A stretch of DNA of 64,000 nt, taken from NCBI RefSeq assembly GCF_009914755.1, contig NC_060934.1. One strand, written 5' to 3'. The translations under genes were made by a program, and so were the position numbers. How positions within the stretch are numbered: the stretch's first letter is position 1; the number at the start of each line of letters is the position of its first letter. Origin of the DNA: the human T2T-CHM13v2.0 reference genome, Homo sapiens. The notes under the pieces are model-generated. The model did no database searches, was not told the origin of the DNA, and saw nothing but the letters and a program-made list of their open reading frames with translations. Of this stretch, positions 30,663 to 43,757 are shown piece after piece.

Positions 30663-31117
30663 CTTTGTGGTTTTATCTACCTTTGGTCTTTGATGATGGT
30701 GATGTACAGATGGGTTTTTGGTGTGGATGTCCTTTCTGTTTGTTAGTTTTCCTTCTAACATACAGGACCCTCAGCTGCAGGTCTGTTGGAGTACCCGGCC
30801 GTGTGAGGTGTCAGTCTGGCCCTGCTGGGGGGTGCCTCCCAGTTAGGCTGCTCAAGGGTCAGGGGTCAGGGACCCACTTGAGGAGGCAGTCTGCCCGTTC
30901 TCAGATCTGTAGCTGCGTGCTGGGAGAACCACTGCTCTCTTCAAAGCTGTCAGACAGGGACATTTAAGTCTGCAGAGGTTACTGCTGTCTTTTTGTTGGT
31001 CTGTGCCCTGCCCCCAGAGGTGGAGCCTACAGAGGCAGGCAGGCCTCCTTGAGCTGTGGTGGGCTCCACCCAGTTCGAGCTTCCCGGCTGCGTTGTTAAC
31101 CTAAGCAAGCCTGGGCA

Positions 31118-31426
31118 ATGGCGGGTGCCCCTCCCCAAGCCTCGCTGCCACCTTGCAGTTTGATCTCAGACTGCTGTGCTAGCAATCAGCGAGACTCCGT
31201 GGGCATAGGACCCTCCGAGCCAGGTGCGGGATATAATCTCCTGGTGCGCCGTTTTTTAAGCCCGTCGGAAAAGGGCAGTATTCAGGTGGGAGTGACCCGA
31301 TTTTCCAGGTGCCGTCTGTCACCAATTTCTTTGACTAGGAAAGGGAACTCCCTGACCCCTTGCGCTTCCGGAGTGAGGCAATGCCTCGCCCTGCTTTGGC
31401 TCGCGCACGGTGCACGCACCCACTGA
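31118..31426 (+). CDS. L1 ORF0 (antisense ORF in the 5' UTR), open for 102 codons
   Basis: MAGAPPQASLPPCSLISDCCASNQRDSVGIGPSEPG matches the primate L1 ORF0 N-terminus; strong Kozak GCAATGG; donors CAG|GTGCGG (31223) and CAG|GTGCCG (31308). Expression at this locus is unknown. Confidence 0.7.
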   Translation: MAGAPPQASLPPCSLISDCCASNQRDSVGIGPSEPGAGYNLLVRRFLSPSEKGSIQVGVTRFSRCRLSPISLTRKGNSLTPCASGVRQCLALLWLAHGARTH

Positions 31427-31547
31427 CCTGCGCCCACTGTCTGGCACTCCCTAGTGAGATGAATCCGGTACCTCAGATGGAAATGCAGAAATCACCCATC
31501 TTCTGCGTCGCTCACACTGGGAGCTGTAGACCAGAGCTGTTCCTATT

Positions 31548-31559
31548 CGGCCATCTTGG
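31548..31559 (-). promoter_or_regulatory. Intact YY1 site at the L1 5' end
   Basis: CCAAGATGGCCG on the minus strand, at the start of a CpG-retaining L1 5' UTR. Confidence 0.75.
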
Positions 31560-31568
31560 CTCCTCCCC

Positions 31569-31685
31569 ATGTGCCACATTTTCTTAATCCACATCATTGA
31601 TGGGCATTTGGGTTGGTTCCAAGTCTTTGCTATTGTGAATAGTGCCGCAGTAAACATACATGTGCATGTGTCTTTATAGTAGCAT

Positions 31686-31689
<4 letters not shown>
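31569..31689 (-). mobile_element. Host L1PA continuation (ORF2 C-terminal region)
   Basis: Resumes at the TSD and encodes [20 protein letters not shown] on the minus strand. Confidence 0.88.
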
Positions 31690-32415
<726 letters not shown>

Positions 32416-32554
32416 CTTTTTTATTTTCGAAAAAATTACAGCAGAGTTCACTCTTCTTGGTGTGCAGCAGGAGGTGCACGTGCTGTGCTTGTCCATCAGT
32501 GTCTGCTTTGTGCATCTCTGTTGACCTGCCTCTAACACTGGGACGAGCATCAGC

Positions 32555-32915
32555 CAAATCAGAACCAGGTCAGAGCCCCTACGCCCTGGTCAGATCAGAA
32601 CCAGGTCAGAACTCCCCTACACCACAGTCAGATCAGAACCAGGTCAGAACCCCTATACCAAGCTTGTCCAATCCGCAGCCTGCGAGCCACCTGCAGCCCA
32701 GGATAGCTTTGAATGTGGCCCAACATAAATTCATAAACTTTCTTAACACATTATGAGTTTTTTTATGATTTTTTTTAACTCCTCAGCTATCATTAGTGTT
32801 AGTTATTTTATATGTGGCCTAAGACAATTCTTCCAGTATGGCTCAGGGAAGCCAAAAGATTAGACACCCCTGCCCTACACCTTGGTCAGATCAGATCCAG
32901 GTCAGAGCCCCTACA
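32555..32915 (+). repeat. Tandem repeat of about 37 bp (4 copies) interrupted by MER30
   Basis: CAGATCAGAACCAGGTCAGAGCCCCTAC core three times before and once after the MER30. Confidence 0.8.
32659..32872 (-). mobile_element. MER30 (hAT-Charlie) DNA transposon
   Basis: caagcttgtcca...ggaagccaaaagattagacacccctg; 8-bp TSD CCCTATAC/CCCTACAC. Confidence 0.88.
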
Positions 32916-35381
32916 TCCTGTCCCCACAGTGGACAGGTTGGAAATGTAAGGTCGTGTGGCCACTGGGGGCCCAGGATGGGCTCTGCCTCAGAGGCACTTC
33001 CTTCCACCTGGCCTGTTTTAATCAACAGTCATTAAAGGGAAATCTAAAGATGTTTAAAACGTTGTGTATTTTCTCGTTAGCAGAGCCAAGAATCAGTCTG
33101 CAGGGAGCAAAGAGCTTGAGTGTGGAGTTAGAAGTCGGGGTCCGGGAAAGGGTGCTTGTTTCTGAGGCTAACATGCATCAGGTGCTCCAAGTGGGCTCTC
33201 ATTGACCCCAGGATGCCATCAGCCCCCTTGCCCTGCCTGGAGTATATCACATGGGCCCTGGCTGCCTGGGCCTGTGGAGCCACAGCTGCTGAGGTCCGGT
33301 GTTTTTAAAGCCTGAGAGAGGCCATCTGGGGGTAGCACTACAGGAGATGGGAAGAGGCCCCCAGGAAACCAGGGAGAGCAAGAAGGTCTTCTAAGGACTC
33401 ATGTCCTCTTACCAACTACCATGTAGTTAAGAATGCCTTACGAAGGGGGACGGGAGAGTCAAGGGATAGAAAATCAGTCCTTAAAATCTGCACTGTCCTT
33501 TCCACATACAAAGCACCTTTCACACAGGTGAGCTCATTTACCCTCAGATGGCACTTACTGTTGTGGGAACCTCATTTTACCAGGAGGAAACGGAGGGGCG
33601 ACAGGACAGCGTTCTAGGAAGTAGCTCAGCTGTGGACATTTTGTGGTGAGCTCTCAGGGACAGCAGCAGGCATGGGATGCCTGCAGAGAGGCTTTCAGGA
33701 GAGCGCTGGCCCCACCTGCAGGCCCCCAGGGCGACCTTGGATAGGCTGCCGTCTGGGCCTGGGAGACTTCTCACCTGCAGAGTGGATGATGGGGGACCTT
33801 GAGGACTGAACAGGAGAAAGCACACTGAACAGAGCCTGGTACCTAGTAAGCACTCAGTAAGTCTTGGCACTTACTGTGATAATTGCATTTTAAGCCCAGC
33901 TACCAAAATTTCCAGACCTACGTTACCATCTTCAAATGAGTGCCCCTACCCGTTTCCCTAACGTTGCTCAAACTTGCATTTTCTGAGGAGCGTCTGTTGG
34001 ATGCCTTTGGCCCTTGCACCACGTACAGCTTTCCACGCTTATTGGCTGGCCACTGGGTACCAAGGACCATGGCGGGCACTCTGGAATGCTCTGTTTTGGC
34101 AAACTTTCTTCCCCAAGAACGGATTTGACTTTTGAAAAGTGGTCTGAAAGTCAGCCTCCTCAGCCCTGGTCACAGCAGAAATAGTTTTGGACCCAGGTGA
34201 GTTGAGTCCACAAAATAACAGGCCGTGTCTACTTGAGCTGAAGCCTTATCAGTTGGCCCAGTAGGTCCCATCTGAAGAAGCCCTGTATTTTTGAAAAATG
34301 TTAACTCTCCCTAAAAGGTTACATTGAACGGCAACACCCGGGAGGCTGCTGTTGGCCTTGCCAGCAAGCTGAACCTGCAGTTGAGTGGCCACGCGTGTGG
34401 TGCGAGGCGTGCAGCCCATCCCTGAGGGCTCCCCTGCATGGGAAAGGAGGCTGGGAGGTTCGCCAGGACTGCATGTGGCCCTCGCACCAAGAACCTGACC
34501 CATGGTGGAGGTGGTGAGTGCTGTGTGGTCGGCCTTGATGTTTATACGAGAGTCTCTGAGGTGTAGACATCAGTGTCTCCATTTTGGGGAGAGGGAGGCG
34601 GTTTTCTTCCCAGCTTACCATTACCACTGTGTTCGAGGAGGGACTGATATTTCGAGTGGGGTCACCATCACACTCACACCACCAAGGCTGCTTTCCACCA
34701 CTCAGCTTTCTCATGCATCCCGTTTCCCAGAGGTGGCCAGTGCCTGGGCCCTGAGTCGGTTGAGACTCATCCAGAGCAGAGCCGCAGAAGCTGGGCTGGC
34801 TCCAGACAGAGATGACCCAAAGCCTGTGTCAGCATTTGGGTGCCTGGGCCCACCATTCAGGCCTGAGAGAGCATCAGTGAGGCTCGGAGCCCCCATCAGC
34901 CAGGTCAGGCCGTGGCTCTGAGCCTAGTGCTCCTTTCTAAATGGGAGTTGCAACGCCAGCTTTGCAAAGTGGTTGTCAGGGCTCACTGAGGGGCTCTGGG
35001 GAGACTTTGGGGGAAGGATAATGATTGGGGAAGTAGAAATTGGCTCCCAAAATGCTAGAGCAGGACTTAAGGGACTGATGGCCAGGCACCTGCCCAGTGT
35101 GGCATCCTCCCATCGTTGGCTCGAGCGCTGAGCTGCACCTCTGTGTCAGGACTTGCTCTCAGTGTTCTGTCTGGGGAGGTCATGTGCCTACTGGGTGGGG
35201 CAGGTCCTTGTGTGGGAGGAGCCAGAAGCTCCCTTTTTTCTTAAAAGTTATTGGGCCAGAGGTCATGAATTCACCCTTAGCCTATGATCTCCAGTAACTC
35301 TACCATCCGCAGGAAAATGACTTCACACCATGCGCAGGGCTGGAAGGAGCACTGGGATGGAGTCCCACCTCGGTGCGCGAC

Positions 35382-35943
35382 CCGGGGCGTTCAGCAGTGC
35401 CCCAGGACCGCAGCAGCCCATGCTCAGAGCCAGGTCCTCAGGGCCGGGGCATTCAGCAGTGCCCCACTACCATAGCAGCCCATGCTCAGAGCCAGGTCAT
35501 CAGGGCCAGGGCATTCAGCAGTGCCCCACGGCTGCAGCGGCCCATGCTCAGAGCCAGGTCCTCAGGGCTGGGGCGTTCAGCAGTGCCCCACTACCACAGC
35601 AGCCCATGCTCAGAGCCAGGTCATCAGGGCCGGGGCATTCAGCAGTGCCCCACGGCTGCAGCGGCCCATGCTCAGAGCCAGGTCCTCAGGGCTGGGGCGT
35701 TCAGCAGTGCCCCACTACCATAGCAGCCCATGCTCAGAGCCAGGTCATCAGGGCCGGGGCATTCAGCAGTGCCTCACAACTGCAACGGCCCATGCTCAGA
35801 GCCAGGTTCTCAGGGCCGGGGCGTTCAGCAGTGCCGCACGACTGCAGTGGCCCATGCTCAGAGCCAGGTCTTCAGGGCCGGGGCATTCAGCACTGCCCCA
35901 CCACCGCAGCTGCCCATGCTCAGAGCCAGGTCATCAGGGCCGG
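35382..35943 (+). repeat. 62-bp GC-rich minisatellite, about 9 copies, with 124-bp higher-order alternation
   Basis: TTCAGCA core recurs every 62 bp (CAGCA at 35392, 35454, 35516 ... 35888). Confidence 0.95.
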
Positions 35944-38941
35944 AAGATGGCAACTTGATGCTTAGCCTTCAAAGAGGTGGTAAACGATAAAAAACGGAGC
36001 CATGCCTGGATTCAAGAGCCTCTGAAATCCTACCACCTAATCACTGTCTTCCCTAATTTCCCCTTGGCCGCTATGTGGGTGGTATATGGTGGGCTGTTGG
36101 GTGGAGCGGGGCGGGTCGTTACTGATCTATCTGGAATACCCGCTTTATCTCTACCCAGCAAACTGCTACCCATCCAAGACCCAGGCCCACCTGTCACTTC
36201 CACTCTGGCACCTCGTTCGCCATCACCTCACTCAGGAGGGTTCCACTGGTGCTTGCCGGCGAACGCCACCATTTTTTGCAGCATATCTCATAGCTTGTTG
36301 GAAACCCACGTTGAGTTGGGGCTTTGTTCATCCACAGGTGCTGTCACGCATCCGTTTTCAGGAGACAGAGATGTCCTCTGTGGCCCTCCGTTGGCCGACC
36401 CTGTTGGGTGCAGCAGCTGTCAGTGGACAGAGGTGCATCAGTGCGTTGGTTGGTGGCATCGTGGCCTCACCGGCCCACAGTTCTGACAGAGGTGTCTGTG
36501 TTTCACCAACTCGGTCTGTCCCTGCCCATTGTCCGCACACTCATTCCCTCCATGCCCCAGTCTGGCACCCTCAAGTGCAAGTGCGTGCATTTAATTCACG
36601 TAGTGTGTTGGTTGGGTGCACTCCTGGACCTTTGGGGAGACTGTCTTCTTCCATGTTAGCTGCTTCCTTCTTCCCTGTGGGGTCATAGAGGTCACAGCTG
36701 ACATGCTGAAACAAATGCCATTGTTTTCACTTAAACCACATTGTATTCCATAGCCGCTGTGTCATATGCGTATATATAATAGTGTGTAAGGCGTATGGAA
36801 AGAAGAGATTGTGTCCAGACTGGCTACAGATGGTCATCCTAATGGCGGAAGCAGCCAGGCCAGTTGGGCTTGACTCTGGAGCTTTGGAGGGCCATCCTCA
36901 GTGTATTTGTTTTTATTTGTGGAGGCCCCGCAGCGCTCATGCTGGCCATGCCTGGCTGGGATGGGATGACCTGGTGAGGACAGAGGAGGACAGCCTCTGC
37001 TTCCATGATGAATAAAACAGCATCTGGCTGGGTAGGAGGAAAGCCTGTGCTTGTTCAGCCTCAAGTACGTGTTTGAAAGCTTGCCCCAAAGACATTCCAA
37101 AAACCAGGCAGTGGTGGTGTCCTGTCCTTCTAGAGGCCAGGTTGTCCAGGCCCAGGGGAGTCTTGCTTAGGGGTCAGTGAGCGCTGGGACTCAGTCTGGC
37201 TCCTGGCAAGCCCAGAGAACCCCACTGCTGAGTCTCTACACAAGGCATTGGACGGGGCTGCTGTGGGTGTGCGCCAGGCCACCTCCATGCCTGGGCAGCT
37301 GTGCACAAGCTGGCTATGAGCTCCATGGCATACAGAGCACGTCCAAACTAACCTGGTAGCCCAGTCCCATGGAAAGTGTGTGACATCGTGTCCCTGCCTT
37401 CGGAGTGAGCAAGCCACAAGCCAGATGTCAGGGGCTGTTCCTTCTGCAGGTCACCCACTGGCTGGCCAAGCACCGTGAAGCTGGGCGCACCTCCTCCAGG
37501 GACCATACTAAAGCAGCTAGCAGCACCTTCCCCCTGCTGTGAACCCCATGCCTGACCTGAGCCTGAGCCCTCACAGGCCTGGCAAAGGCTGCCTGCAGAG
37601 GCCTGGGCCACACAGGCCCTATGGCTTTCCTGCGTGCCACGGAGAGCCAGCCAGTGGGGCTGCAGGCACCTCCTCCCGCTCACTCTCAGTGTGCGCCTCC
37701 ACAGGGACCACAGACCACAGGAGCTCCTGGCCCGCCACATCGCCAGCCGTGTGCGCAAGGTTTATCAGGTTCCTCTTGGCCAGGTTGAAGTAGATGCCGG
37801 GTGGGGATCTGTAGGCCCTGGTTGTGTTTACAGAAGATGCTGCCCTTCACTGTCTTCCAGCCTCCCAGGAAAGGATGGTCCCCAGGCTCCATGCTGACAC
37901 CACCCACCTTGCTTCACCCAGTAGGCGCTTACTGTATGTCTACTCTAGGTCATCCACAGTGCTGAGTGTTGGGATAGAGCCCCGGGAGGTAGGTGCCTGG
38001 TCCTCCGTGAGTCTGGTGGAGGAGCCCTCCGTGGTGACAGCCTTCTGTGAGAGCATGGCAGGTGGTGGGGCCTCGTAGAGGGAAAGATTTTGCAGAAAAT
38101 GTGACCTAGATTCCCTTTTAAATAGGAAGTACTGGTCCCTAGTGTCTTGAACTTTGGGGAGAAAACTCCCTTTGATTAAAGAGAAGGTAACTTGGAAATG
38201 TGTTTTCCCTCATCTTTTTGTTAATTTATTTTTTAAATTAACATGTAGTGAAATTGGCTTTTTGTGGGGTATACAGTCCCGTGAATGTTAACGCGTGTGT
38301 GTGTTTCTGTAACCACCCCCAAAATCAGGGTGCAGAGGAGTTCCACCACCTGGACACCCCCACGCCGCCCCCTGGCAGCCACGGCCTCTCCCCACCCCCA
38401 TTCCAGCTCTCAGCAACTGCGACGTGTTCTCCAACACCGTGGCTTTGTGTTTTTGAGAATGTCTTATAAATGGAATCAGACAGTATTTAACCTTTGGAGC
38501 CTGGCTTTTTTCACTCAGGTTAATGCCTTTGAGATTCATCCAAGTTGTTGCATGTATCTACAGCTTATTCATTTTTCTTGCTGAGTGTACGCTACCGTGT
38601 GGGTATATCTCCATTGATCTGTTTTTTATTTTGGCCATTCTAATAGATATGTAATGATATCTCATTGTTTTCATTTGCGTTTCCCCGATGGCCAGTTATG
38701 TTGAACATCTTCTTTTGTGGTTATTGACCCCTCCTTATATCCTCTTTGGGGAAGTGTCAATTCAAGTCTTTTGCCTTTTTTTTAAGTTAGGTGGTTTGTT
38801 GAGTTTCAGTTTGGAACTGTTGAGTTTGGAAAAATCTTTATATATTCTGGATAGGATAGGACTCTTGTTGGATTTCTTATTTCCAAATATTTTCTCCTAG
38901 CTAGTAGTAGCTAGTCTTTTATTCTCTTAACACTGACTTTC

Positions 38942-39255
38942 AGCCGGGTGCGGAAGCTCATGCCTGTAATCCCAGCACTTTGGGAGGCCAAGGGGGCGGA
39001 TCATGAGGTCAGGAGATCGACTGCATCCTGGCTGACACAGTGAAACCCTGTCTCTACTAAAAAAATACAAAAAAAATTAGCCAGGCGTGGTGGCAGGCGC
39101 CTGTAGTCCCAGCTACTCAGGAGGCTGAAGCAGGAGAATGGCGTGAACCCGGGAGGCAGAGCTTGCAGTGAGCCGAGATCGCACCACTTTGCTCCAGCCT
39201 AGGGGACAGAGCGAGACTCTGTCTCAAAAAAAAAAAAAAAACAAACAAAAAAAAA
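38942..39255 (+). mobile_element. AluY
   Basis: AluY diagnostics GGAGATCGA, GAATGGCGTGAACCCGGG, GAGCTTGCAGTG; TSD-like AACAC(C)TGACTTTCA. Confidence 0.93.
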
Positions 39256-42200
39256 CACCTGACTTTCATAGACCAAACTTTTTCACAAACAAGTTTTTTT
39301 TCCCTTTTTAATGAAGTTCAATTTATCTCTCTCTTTTTTTTATCATGATTTGAAGGACATATCTAACAACTGTTTGCCTAACCCCAGGTCATGAAGATTT
39401 GTCATATAGTTTCTTTTTTTTTTTAGTTTAATGTTTTACATTTAAATCTATGATATATTTTGAGTTAATTTGTTTAAGTAAGTCATGAGATTTACATCAC
39501 GTTTCACTATTTGCCTATGGATATCCAATTTTCCAGCACCTCTTTTTGAAAATAATATGCTTTCTTCATTGAAATCCCTTTGCACCTTTGTCAATAAACA
39601 TTTGGTCGTGCTTCAGTAGGTCTATTTTGGAAATCTCTCTTCTATTCTGTTAACTCCATCCAGTAACTCCATCAATACTCCAACAAGCTGGGTATTTATC
39701 CCTTTGCAAATACATAATTATTATTATGTATAGTAAGTCTTGAAACCTGTCAGTGTGATTTCTCTAACCTTTTTTGTCTCTTGTAAAATATGTTGGCTAG
39801 TCTCAATCCTTTGCCCTTTCATCTAAATTTTAGAGTCAACATGTCTATCTGCAATAAATTCTTCTAGGGTTTTTTAATTGGAATGATAATAAACCTATAG
39901 GTCAGTTTGTTAGAATTCAAATTTTATGATATTGAGATTTCCATGAACATGATATGTCTCCTCAGTTATTCAGACATTCTTGTGATTACTTTTTCAGCAT
40001 TTTGTAATTTCCAACAAACAGAGCCTATATACAAATTGTTAGATTTACATCTAAGTATTTTATTTGGTTGGAGCCATTATCAGTGGTATATAGAAAGGTG
40101 ATTGATTTTTATTTAGTAACCTTGTATCTAGTGACTTTGCTAAACTCACTTATTAGTTCTAAGACTTTTCTATTATTTCCTGGGTATTTTCCCATAGACA
40201 ATTATGTTGTCTGCAAATAGGGAGAGTTTGTTTCTTCTTTTCTAAAACAATTGTCTTCTATTTCCTCATCTTGCTTTTTTTGCACAGTTAGGTATGATGT
40301 TAACTGTGGGTTTTTTGCAGATACAGTTGTCAGATTGAGGATGTTACCTTCTGTTCTTAGGTTGCTGAGAGCTTTTATCATGAATAGGTGTTAAATTGTA
40401 TTAAATATTTTTTCTGACTGGATATAGATTATGTGTTTTTCTAGGATATTAATATGATAGCTATTGTTCGTTTTTAATAGCCTTTGTTTTTAGAATAGTT
40501 TCGGATTTACAGAAAAATTGAAAAATCAGTAGGGTTCTCTGATACTGCACACCTATTTTCCCAAATTATACCATTGATTCTTATTATGATGACATTTACA
40601 CTTGACATCTTACATTAGTACGGTACATGTGTTATGATTCATGAACCATTGTTGGTACCTTAATATTAACTAAAGTCCTATGATCTTGAAGTTTTCTTAG
40701 TTTTTACCTACTGCCCTTCTTCCATTCCAGGATCCTGCCTTGGATACTGCATTCCTAGCTCCTTTGGCCCCTCTTGGCTGTGACAGGTCCTTAGTTTTAG
40801 ATGGCCTAGACAGTGTTAAGGAGTACTGATTAACTATTTTGTAGAATGTTCCTCTTTTGGAATGTTTTATGCTTTTCTCATGATTTGACTGGAGTTACAG
40901 TGTGTGAGGAGAAAAACCACATAGGTAAGCTGTCATTTTCCTGAGATCGTATCAAGGAGTCATGCTGTCAGTGTCATTTATCATTGTTGATGTCAACTTT
41001 GATTACCTGGCTGGGTAGTGGTGTTTGTCAGGTGACTCTATGATAAAGTTACCTTCCCCCATCTCCCCTGCGTACTGCACTCGTCCCGAAGAAGTTGCTG
41101 TACCTAACACACTTAGGAATGGGGAGTTACGCTCCTTGAAGACAGAGTATCTACATAAGTTACTGGGAATGCTTCTGCATGGGAGAGTTCTTCTCCCTCA
41201 CCTATTTCTGTATTCAGTCATTTTTTTATGTTAGTATGGACTCAGGGATATTGATATTTTGGGTTGTCTTCCAATACTACTTTATTTTGTTGCTGAGATT
41301 ATCCCAGTTTTGGCCATTTGGGAGATTGTGCAGTTTGCTCCTGTGTCCCTTTGTCGTACTCTCCTCATCGTGGTTTGACTGGAATGTTTGTCTTTGTTCT
41401 TTTGCTTCATTTCATTTTGGAGTGTGTCCTGACTTTCTGATACTGCAAGATTCTCAAGGCTCATCTTGTGTATTTCCTGTCCCAGTCCTAGGGAGGAAAA
41501 GGCCAGTTCTTGAAGGAGTCTTGTGTCTTTTATTATAAAATGCATGAGAAACCATGGACTGGGCACTAGGTTTGCTCCTTGCTATGGGGGTGGTGTTGTT
41601 TCTAAGTCTTCTCAGTTGACAGACCACAGAAGTAGCTTTCTGTATACTAACCCACGGACAGATAAATATTGTAAACATTTCTGTATGCAATTATCTGTGT
41701 CTATATTAAGCTAAACATTAGTTCCTACTGATATCTGCAACTCTAATCCATTACCACATGGATTCTTCTAGCCTCCTCTCCTTACTTATCTGTAAAATCC
41801 CACTCACAATGAGAAACCTGGCTCACACTTTCTGCCATCCATTTACTTAATTATTCAAGCCCAGTATACATATAGAATAGTATCAGAGAGTTTAACACCT
41901 GTGCTCATGGGAAACAACTTTATCAACTAGAGTTCAGTATTTATGTACAGTTCCTTTTGCCTTTAGTCTTACAGACTCCACTCACTTTCAAGTTACTTTT
42001 GGAGAAATCAGCTCCCCTCCCCCATTCAGTGAGGACGTTTTATAAGTTTATAATACAGTCAGATTCTCTTGTCACAGTCTGTGTTTCTTCCCAGGATCCC
42101 CTGATCTCCTAAATATTTTGTTGTTGTTAATTTACATACATTGCTTAGATTCACTCTTTGTGCTGTAAGCTTCTATGGCCTTTGATAGATGTATGATATC

Positions 42201-43410
42201 ATGTTTTCACCATTACAGTAACATGCAGAATAATTTTACACCCTAAAAATCCCCCTGTGCTCCACCTATTCAGTCCCCCGCTCCTTCTGAAAGTGCCCCG
42301 GCAACCACTTATCTTTTTTCTGTCTATATAGTTTTGCTTCTTCCAGAATGTCATCTAGTTGGGATCATACAGTATGTAGCCTTTTCGGCTGGCTTCCTTT
42401 GCTTAGCAATATACATTTAGTTTTCTCCGTGTCTTCTGCATAGCTCATTTTTTTCACTGAATAATATTCCATTGTATGGATGTACCATAGTTGTTTATCC
42501 GTTCACCTATCGAACAACATTTTGGTCACTTACAACTTTTGGCAGTGTTAATAAAGCTGCTATAAACATTCACAGGCAGGTTTTTGTGAGGATGTCAGTT
42601 TTCAAATCAGTAGAGTAAATACCTAGGTGTGCAATTGCCAGATCACATGGTAAGGCTCTGTCTTTGAAAGAAATTGCAAAACAGTCTTCCAAAGTGGCTT
42701 TACCATTTTGCATTCCCATCAGCAATGATTAAGCATCCTTTTTGCTCCACATCCTTGCCAGCAGTTTTTGGTACTGTCACTGTTTGGATTTTTAGCCATT
42801 CTAAAAGCCATTGTAATCATATTCATTATTTTAGTGTGCAGCTCCTAAAGACAAATTATGTTAAATATCTTTCCTTGTGCTTATTTGTCACCTATATATA
42901 TTCTTTGGTGAAGTGTCTGTTAAGACTTGCCCATTTTTTAATTGGGTTGTTTGACTTTTTTCTTGTTGAATTTTAAGAGTCTTTTTATAATATATTTTAG
43001 ATGCAAGTCTTTTTTCAGATATGTGTCTTACATATATCTTCTCCTAGTCTGCCTCTCGTTTTCAGAGTCTCAGCATCTTTTGTAGTAAAGAAGTTTTTAA
43101 TTTTAATAAACTCCAGCTTATTCATTTTTTTCTTTCATGAATCATGTTGTATCTAAAAACTCTTCTCCCAACCTAAGGTTGCTTAGATTTTCTCCTGTGT
43201 TATATTCTGAAAGTTTATGATTTTCCCTTTTAGATTTAGGTCCATGATCCATTTTGAGTTCATTTTTGAGAAAGGTATAAAGTCTGTATCTGGATTCACT
43301 TCTTTTTCGTGTGATGTCTAATTGTTCCAGGGCCATTTGTTTAAAAGACTATGCTTTCTCCATTGAATTGCTTTTTGCTTTTTTTTGTCAAAGATCTTTG
43401 TCAAAGTCTA

Positions 43411-43757
43411 AATTTGGCCCTTGTATTTATGGGTTCCACATCCATGTATTCAACCAACTGCAGATAAAAAATGGTTCAACAACAAGGAAAGAATGGTTGC
43501 ATCTTTACTGAAAGCGTACAGACTTTTTCTCCTTGTCATTATCCTCTCAACAATACAGTATAACAGCTATTTACATAGCATTTACATTATTCTAGATATC
43601 CTAAGTAATCTAGAAATGATTTAAAGTCTACAGGAGGATGTGCAAGGGTTATATGCAAATACTATGCCATTTTATATCAGGAACTTAAGCATCCATGGAT
43701 TTTGGTATTCTAGAAGGTTCCTGGAACCAATACCCAATGGATACCAAGGAATGACTG
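43411..43757 (-). mobile_element. MER2 (TcMar-Tigger) DNA transposon
   Basis: ggttccacatccatgtattcaaccaac..gtaatctagaaatgatttaaagt..ggttatatgcaaatactatgccattttatat..cctggaaccaatacccaatggataccaaggaatgactg. Confidence 0.85.

Noticed and set aside
35382-35943. CRISPR-like array (regular period, hairpin, variable window)
   Set aside because: The variable part is only ~11 nt and recurs in an A/B pattern rather than as unique spacers. There are no cas genes and the context is a human intron, so it is a minisatellite.
35330-35965. 211-aa and overlapping ORFs
   Set aside because: Produced by the stop-poor 62-bp repeat; the same peptides cycle through all three frames.
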